Shown here one piece after another: positions 56,519 to 64,000 of a DNA stretch of 64,000 nucleotides. The stretch lies in the NCBI RefSeq assembly GCF_009914755.1, contig NC_060939.1, one strand, 5' to 3'. Numbering within the stretch: the first letter of the stretch is position 1; the number at the start of each line of letters is the position of its first letter. Origin of the DNA: the human T2T-CHM13v2.0 reference genome, Homo sapiens. Under the pieces are notes generated by a model. That model saw only the letters and a program-made list of their open reading frames with translations, was not told where the DNA came from and made no database searches. Position numbers and translations under genes: made by a program.

Positions 56519-57020
56519 CTGATTTTAGCCATCTTTTAAGTGTAGAGTACAGTGGGATTAAACACATTCCATACTGTTGTGTAACCAGTCTCAATAACTC
56601 TTTAATATTGCAAAACTGAAAATCTGTCCCCATTAAATACCATTTTTCTCCCCCCCAAAGACTCTGTCTTTATGAGCTTGATGCCTCTAGGTGCCTCATG
56701 TGAGTGGACTCACACAGGAATTTTACTTTGTGATTGGCTTATTTCAGTAGCATCATGTCCTCAGTGTTCATCCTTAGTGTAGCATGTGTCAGAACTCCCT
56801 TCTGTTTCCAGGTTGAATGACGCTCCACTGTGTGCATAGACATTGTGCATATCCGCTCATCCCTCCATAGACATGTGGGTTGCCTCCACCTGCTGGGCAT
56901 CGTGCCCCTGTGCACATGGGCACCCGGGTCTTGCTCTGGCGCTCCCCTCCTGCCTTCTGGGGTGAGAGCATTCGGGATGTGCTATAGGGAAATGGTATGA
57001 TTTTAAAATGGAAGTGTTTC

Positions 57021-57372
<352 letters not shown>

Positions 57373-58027
57373 AATGGAAGAGTTTCACTCTCCCAGAAGC
57401 ATGGCCCACCAAGTTTTGGAGGGGGGAGGGGGCAGGGTGAAGGATGAAACTGGGCAGGAAAACATTTTGGTTAGCGAGTGTGGCAGAGCTAGGGGTGGGT
57501 ATTTGTGATGCTTTCTGAAATGTGGTTGGTTTTTGGAAAAAATGCCAGTAAGGACCCAGGTGCAAGAGCCGTAGGGCATCCCAAAGTAGGGGGTCCCTCA
57601 GCTTCCATGGCAAAGCTGCCTCTGCTCCAGCCTTAGCCCTGCCCCCCACCCGCCCCCCCCCCGACCCCAGTTTGGATACCTGAAGCCTACCCCAGGCGAT
57701 TGAACACAAAGCATTTCACTAACTTTCACAGCCTGTAAGCTTCACCAGCTGAGCAGAAGCTGCGGTTGGGCTGGGTGCATGACCTGCAGCCCTGGAAGTG
57801 AGGGCTCAGAGAGTCCCCTCAGTCACAGCTGCATGAAGCCCAGATGCTTCTCATTATGTTTCTGTCCAAGCTGCCTGGCCAGGAGGTTTGACCCAGCCCT
57901 TGGTTTGTACTTCCTGCACGGTGGCATCCAAGCGTGTTTTTTAAAAAAACACATATGTAAAAATGGTTAACCATACTCAACCTCTTCTGTCTCTGAGGAA
58001 CAAGCAGTTTCTGTTGCATGTTCTAGA

Positions 58028-58180
58028 TACTTGCTACCCAAAACAAGGCCCACAGGCCAGTGTCCTTAGCATCACCTGGGAGCTGGTTAAGAAAGTGCAA
58101 TCTCAGGCCTCACCCCAGGCGCTGAAACAGAACCTGCATTTTCACAAGGGCCTTGGGTGTTTCGTGTTCAAATAATAAAG
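58028..58180. mobile_element. MER5A
   Basis: agcatcacctgggagctggttaagaaagtgcaatctcaggcctcacccc...ctgcattttcacaag. Confidence 0.7.
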
Positions 58181-58751
58181 ACTGACACCCCGGGACAGAA
58201 ACAGTGGGGTGGGGCGGAAGGAGGGACAGGGGCAGTGGGGGTTAGATGGGGTGGGGGTGGGGCTGTGCACCATTCTAAGTGCTTCCCAGGACTAATATAT
58301 TTACTTCTCACTGCAGCTTGAAGCAATGTTATCTTGCCCTCAGTACAAAGTGAGCCCCAGGAAGTAGAGGCTCACCGCGGGTTTGGGCTAGGATAGGGTG
58401 CACCCACCATGTGGCCCAGGCCCTCACACCCACCTGGCTCCAGAGCATGGGGCCCGCTCCCCATTCTCCAGGCCTGGACCCTCTGTGCACCAACACCCGA
58501 CTCATGAAAGAGCCAATAGGCTTCAACATACTATCTGTGGGACGTGTTTACTAAGCTGTGAAATTCCAGACACATATTCTCATGACTATTCTAATCCCTC
58601 CCATTACATGCAGTATGTGATGCGGAGGATGACGATGATATTTACTCCAAGATCATGGTTTTCTAGCATTCCTGGAAGCAGGACTGTGTCATTTTGCCAA
58701 TACTCTACTCTTAGAAATACTGTAAGTTTTCACGTGATTTGGGTACAATTT

Positions 58752-59015
58752 GTCACTCTGTCACCCAGGCTGGAGTGCCGAGGCACAATCACAGCTCACT
58801 GCAGCCTTGACTTCCTGGCAATCCTCCCACCTCAGCCCCCTGAGTAGCTGGGATCACAGGCACACACTACCAAGCCTGGCTAACTAAAAAAAAAAATTGT
58901 AGAGACAGGTTTTTACTATGTTGCCCAGGCTGATAAACTCCTGAGCTCAAGCAATCCTCCCACCTCAGCCTCCCAGAGTTTTAGTATTACAAGCATGAGC
59001 CACCACACCCCGCTT
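58752..59015 (-). mobile_element. AluJ lacking its 3' tail
   Basis: Begins at tcactctgtcacccagg with no T-tract. Confidence 0.85.
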
Positions 59016-59456
59016 GGCATAATTTCTTGCCTTTCTGGTAGAGAAGAGATTTCTCCCAGCCCCAGAGGTACCCACTCTTCTTTCCCAAAATTTTCAGAAT
59101 GGACAGCACAAGCCTAGTGGCTCGATCCTGGCTGACTCCTGGCTTTCTTCTCTGCAGCGTGACATGGAAATACCAAGACCTTTCTTGATCATTGCTTCAG
59201 AAAGAGCTGGAAAAATTGCTTTACTCTCCTTAAACTCGAGTTCATTTACTTTTTCAAAGAGCGTTGGAAGGTATCATTCATTATGTTTGTGTCAGGGATG
59301 ATTGGAGAAATTCATTTCCTCTGTTAAAGCCATTATATTTAGACTCCCTCCCTCAAGGTGATTCTCTGTTTTGGATATATATACGTATATAGACTTTTTC
59401 ATTTCTGAAGCTATTAGTAACACGTGTTCAATTACTGGTGTAGAAAATGGATCTTA

Positions 59457-60113
59457 GACTGCTCTCAGTTCTTCAACCTGCATGTGTGGTCTATTTGTGA
59501 TCCTAGAATCGATTTTGTTTCAAACAGCATTAAAGAAGAAACAAAAGGAATAGAGTAGAAACTATTGGAATGCACCATGCATTAGGTTTGCTAGGGCTGC
59601 TGTAACAAAGTCCCATAGACTGGAGGGCTTACACAACAGAAATGGATTGTCTCACTGTTCTGAAGCCTGTAGATTCAACATCAAGGTGCCTGCAGGGTTG
59701 GTTCCTTCCGAGGCCTTCTCCCTGGCTTGTAGACAGCAAGATGCCTTCCCCCTGTGTCCTCTGATGGTCATTCCCCTGCATCTGTCTGTCCTCATCTCCA
59801 CTTCTTATAAAGACACCAGTCCTACCGGATTAAGGCCCACCCATATGAGTTCATTTCAACTTACCTCTATGAAGACCCCCCTCTCCAAATGAGGGAACAT
59901 GCTGAGGTCCTGGGGGTCGGGGCTTCAACATATGAATTTTGCAGGAGGGACATAATTCGGCCTATAGCACATCATATCAGGTATTTTTTGTGAAACTTTA
60001 GCTTCAAGTGCGTGGTCTGTGTGTGTGTGTATGCATGCGCACATGTATTGGGTTACAATTTTAAGTATATTTCCTATGATGTAGGTGTTGGTCAAAAATA
60101 TCTGAAAAACACA
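59457..60113. mobile_element. Charlie4z-like hAT element split by an MLT1 LTR
   Basis: aatagagtagaaactattggaatgca | ggtattttttgtgaaactt...ggtcaaaaatatctgaaaaacac. Confidence 0.55.
59578..59969 (-). mobile_element. MLT1A/B-type MaLR solo LTR
   Basis: gctagggctgctgtaacaaag...cttcaacatatgaatttt...ctatagca; TSD cacca/catca. Confidence 0.85.
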
Positions 60114-60279
60114 AGCTTGATTTGATGGTAGGGTGTCCTGTCAAGTGTGTTTCTCTTTGGGATGATGCAGAGATCGTGGGATCTGGAAGCCAGCTGGGAA
60201 GGCTAGGAATGAACTGTGAGATGAGCTCTTCTTGCACGTCTTGCCCCGCTTTATTTAATTATTGTTTGTTTTCTCTAGT

Positions 60280-60717
60280 TTTGGGTAATATCCAGGTTGT
60301 TGGCAGGTTTTGTGGAATTGTAGAATCAAGGTCCCATTTCCTTCCCAGTCACCAGCCTGGTTCTCAGCTCCCTCAGGTTGCTCTCAGGTTCTTGTTACAT
60401 GGCCCCTCTATCCCAACAACCTAGAACCTCCAACTCATGCATACCCCCGCACCCACCTCCACCTACTGACTTTTGTTTTTGCCACCAGCTGGAGAAAACT
60501 CTTGGCCTTTAAGGCAAGAGTGATTAAATGAGGCCCACCCAGACAATCCCCCTTTTGATGACTTCAAAGTCAAGAAATTTGGTAACCTTAATTACATCTG
60601 CAAAATACCCTTTGCCAGGTAAGAGAGCGTAACTGTGAGCAAGGTGCTTCATCATGTTTCCTGTCCCAGGGATTAAGGTGAAAAGCCCTGGGGTCATTTT
60701 AGATTCTGCACCATTCA
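60280..60717 (-). mobile_element. MLT1D/E-type LTR fragment
   Basis: ggcccacccagacaatc...ccttaattacatctgcaaaataccc. Confidence 0.7.
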
Positions 60718-62170
60718 AGCCTAAAGCCTGTGAGGTGACTGGTGAACTTGCTCTTGGTCAGTAGAGATGCAAACTATGGGTGTCCAGTGGAGAAGATCAT
60801 ATCAAAGCCTTCAGCATTTTGTTCAGTCTTATTTTTTTTTTTTCCTTTTGCCACTTCAGGACATTAGCCAGGTTTGCCACCACTTGGCAAACTTATTTCA
60901 GTGACATTTTTCCTCTTTCCTTTCCGATTGATGCTCTAGACCTTGTTCCATGAACTCCGTTTGAACCAACTTTGCCTTCCTGGTGAACTCTTCACTGATG
61001 AGTTAAATAAAGCAGCAACACACGTCCATTCTATATTTGTAAGGAGTCATCTGTTTGCTTTTTGACAAGGGCGATTCAATTTTCCCTGAGGCCTGTCGTT
61101 GCAGCTTCTGAGACTTTGTTTTCTCTTTTCCTTACCAGAAACCCCCTACCGTCCGAGCTCACGTGTGGCTCTGCTTTAAAGTGAAATGGTGTGAAAATTC
61201 ACCGTGTGCATGGCTGTGCCTCATTAAAACCTTGCACGGTGACCAGCTACTCAAAAGGGAGCTCAGTGGAAAGCACTCTGCCATATGTAGGAGTTTCTGG
61301 AACAGGGGTGATAGAAAAGTTGAACAAAGACAAAAAAAAAATCACGCAGATCACAGTTGTGACTTTAGCTTTTTTTTTCCTGGGCATGGCAGCTGGGCAG
61401 AAAGGAAAAGCCTGGGCACTGCCTGGACATACCAACCCTGGAAAACGACAACCGCGGACAGTTCCCCAGACCTGAGACAGAGCTTTCCTCAGCTGGAAAG
61501 CCAGAGGAATACTACCTGCCGCTCCGCCTTCACCTGCGGCCCCATCTCCGTTCTAAGGCAAACTCTGACGGGCACTAAATTGGTCCTGTTCTCAGGCTAG
61601 GATAGGACAGATGACCCAGTTGCAGGCCCCAGCCTGTCCCTGGCCAGGCCTTTGTTACCACCCAGGCAACATCTTTTGAGACGAATCTTCCCTGACACTG
61701 CCGTGAGGGCCCATTCTGCAGTGCTCCTGGAACCCCACCTTTACCTGAAACTGAAAAAGAATCCTGTCCACATCTTGCAGTAATGCTGCCTGCTCCATGT
61801 ACACCCCACCCCACACGTGAGGGTCCTGTCTGCTTTTGGGGGTCTGGCAGAAACCTTCATGGGCTTCTGGGAGAGGAACGGAACCTCCACTGTGGCTGGA
61901 GGCGCTGGAAAGCCTCCCTTAAAAGAGACTGCAGTGTGTTATGTGCTCACGTGCCCTCCTGAGTCATAAGGTTGTCCGAGCAAGTGGTGCTGCTTGTTCC
62001 CACTTTGCTCAGATGCACACCCTCTTTTCCTTCAATTCCTGAAGCTGAAAGATGGAAACCCAGCTCTCCCTCCATGTCCAGTATCCCACCTCCACACAAG
62101 AGACCACATTGAAATATTTAAACGCGACATTTCCAAGGTTTTGCACAGAGCCCAAGGGGAAGGATCTTAG

Positions 62171-63318
62171 CGTGTCTAGAAGTAGTGTGGTACTTGCTCT
62201 CACTGACTTTTAAGAATGAAGCCATGGCCCCTCACGGTGAGTGTTACAGTTTTTAAAGTTTCATGTCCCCAGTTCATTCTTTCAGATGCTCAGGTGTGTC
62301 CAGAGTTTTCTCCTTCTGGTGAGTTCCTGCTGTTGCTGACTTCAAGAGTGAAGCTGCAGACCTTGGCAGTGAGTGTTATAGCTCTTAAAGGTGTTATAGC
62401 TCTTAAAGGTGGCAGATCTGGTGTTCCTCCTTCCACTGGGTCAGTGACCTTGCTGACCTCAAAAATAAAATCGCAGACCTTTGTGAAGTTACAGCTCATA
62501 AAAGAGCCGTGGAACCACACAGCAACCAGCAGAAAAGCGAAAGAATAACACCTCTACAGCGGTGAATAAAACGGGAATGGTGGCTGCTATCGGTACGGGC
62601 GGCCTGCTTTTATTCCTTTATTTGGCCCCACCCACATCCTGCTGATTGGTCATTTTACAGAGAGCTGATTGGTCCATTTTACAGAGAGTTGATTGGTCCT
62701 TTTTACAGAGAGCTGATTGGTCCGTTTTGACAGAGTGTTGATTGGCATGTTTACAAACCTTTAGCTAGATTCACAGTGCTGATTGGTGCATTTACAATCT
62801 TTTAGCTAGCCAGAAAAGTTTTCCAAGTCCCCACCCATCCCAGAAGCCAGGCTTCATCTCTCACTGGTACTCGCTGCCCAACGTTGCCGTACCTAGCCTG
62901 GGCACTCCAGCAGCCCAGAGGAAGCAGAGGAAAAGAGAGGAAGCAACAAAGAGAGGGAAACCCGCTATCGTAGCCAATGACCCCTCCAAGAGGGAAAGGC
63001 AGTCCACACAGAGGACCCTGCCTCTGATGAAGCCCAGCAGCAGCCAGTGGCACGGAGTGCGGGGCCCAGTGAGCCGGGACCCACCACGCCGGGACCCACC
63101 CTGAACCTGCGCTGGCCAGCCAGCGCTGCCCGGATCTCCTGCCCTTCCCTCGCCCTCCACACCTCCCCGCCAGCAGAGGGAGCCCACTCGGGCCTCCGCC
63201 AGCCCCAGAGAGGGGCCCCCAAAGCGCAGCTGTGGGCTGAAGGGCTCCTCCAGCGTGGCCAGGAGGCCGAGCAGACGCCCAGAGCAAGCGAGGACTGTTA
63301 GCAGGTTGTCATCTCTCA
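62171..63318 (-). mobile_element. LTR12 (HERV9) solo LTR, LTR12C/D/E-like
   Basis: Reverse start tgagagatgacaacctgctaacagtcctcgc; tandem ctgattggt units; U5 repeats gtgagtgttacag...ttaaag. Confidence 0.9.
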
Positions 63319-63670
63319 AGAGCTAAGAACAAAAATGAGATACCTGTGTGGGCTGGCCTCTCTTGTGGGAGCTTTCCCAAGCCAGGCTAGAGTCTCTGGG
63401 ATGTGGATCCATGTGGAGGGAGAAGAACTTTTACCCCTTCTCATCTGAGAGGACCTTCCTTCTGAGTTTTTTTTTTTTTCCTGAGGGTGTTTATTTCTCA
63501 AGACCATGGACCCCATTCAGTCCTCATTGCGCTGTGGTGGTCTGTGTCCCACGCCTTCCGAGCGGCCTCAGATGCCAGAATGTGAAGTCAACACAACCAG
63601 AGCAGTTGTCCTGGGAGAGTTAAGGGTCTGCTCTCAATCACGGTGGGGCAGGATGTAAACTTTCAGGCGG

Positions 63671-63874
63671 TTTTTTTTTTTTTTTTTGAGACGGAGTCTT
63701 GCTCTGTCGCCCAGGCTGGAGTGCGGTGGAGCCATCTTGGCTCACTGCAAGCTCCGCCTCCTGGGTTCAGGACTTTCAGACGGTTTTTTTTTTTTTTTTT
63801 TTTTTTTGAGACGGAGTCTCGCTCTGTCGCTCAGCCTGGAGTGCAGTGGTGCGATCTCGGCTCACTGCAAGCTC
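63671..63874 (-). mobile_element. Two tandem 5'-truncated AluY fragments (63671-63769, 63784-63874)
   Basis: Each has poly(T)+gagacggagtct...ctcactgcaagctc; target tttcag(g/a)cggtttt present three times. Confidence 0.88.
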
Positions 63875-64000
63875 GGTTTCAGGCGGTTTTTATAGGCAAA
63901 CTCCTGTGTTTGCTTTTTCTTCCCTTTCTTTGCTGTTCCTAAGCGGGTTCCTCAACTTGGGAGAGGATGTGAAGGTTGGGGAGGGGGTGTAGTTTGCTGT

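Larger units (their letters stand above)
56075..57000 (-). mobile_element. L1MB-type 3' end
   Basis: aaaatatacataacataaagtttaccatttta...ttttaagtgtagagtacagtgg. Confidence 0.75.

Noticed and set aside
62641-62790. Regular ~24-bp repeats resembling a CRISPR-like array
   Set aside because: No unique spacers; these are the normal LTR12 CCAAT repeats

Overview
Repeat-dense primate genomic DNA (AluJ/S/Y, LTR12 and MER9 point to a catarrhine, probably human). I see no intact protein-coding gene, RNA gene or CRISPR array, and the ORF track is almost all repeat-derived noise. Most of the window is Alu/FLAM, L1/L2/L3, MaLR and ERV LTRs, and Tigger/Charlie DNA-transposon fossils, including an ~19 kb four-level nested L1 complex (31246-50080). 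Three retroposed transcripts sit inside L1 fossils. (1) A decayed processed copy of an MSANTD5-like Myb/SANT gene (10870-11771, +), hidden from the ORF track by frameshifts. (2) An apparently full-length, doubly spliced, polyadenylated chimeric LTR/ERV transcript (43905-46546, +) that starts at a MER21A-type transcription start and splices into a different MER4-group provirus. (3) An MRPS18C processed pseudogene (46702-47198, -). Other oddities: a 124-bp local templated duplication inside an Alu, two tiny truncated AluY inserts stacked at one target, a tail-to-tail pair of Charlie7-like transposase remnants, and an orphan CpG-rich patch. All family and gene assignments come from remembered consensus or protein sequences, not database searches. 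Subfamily names and old-repeat boundaries are approximate.
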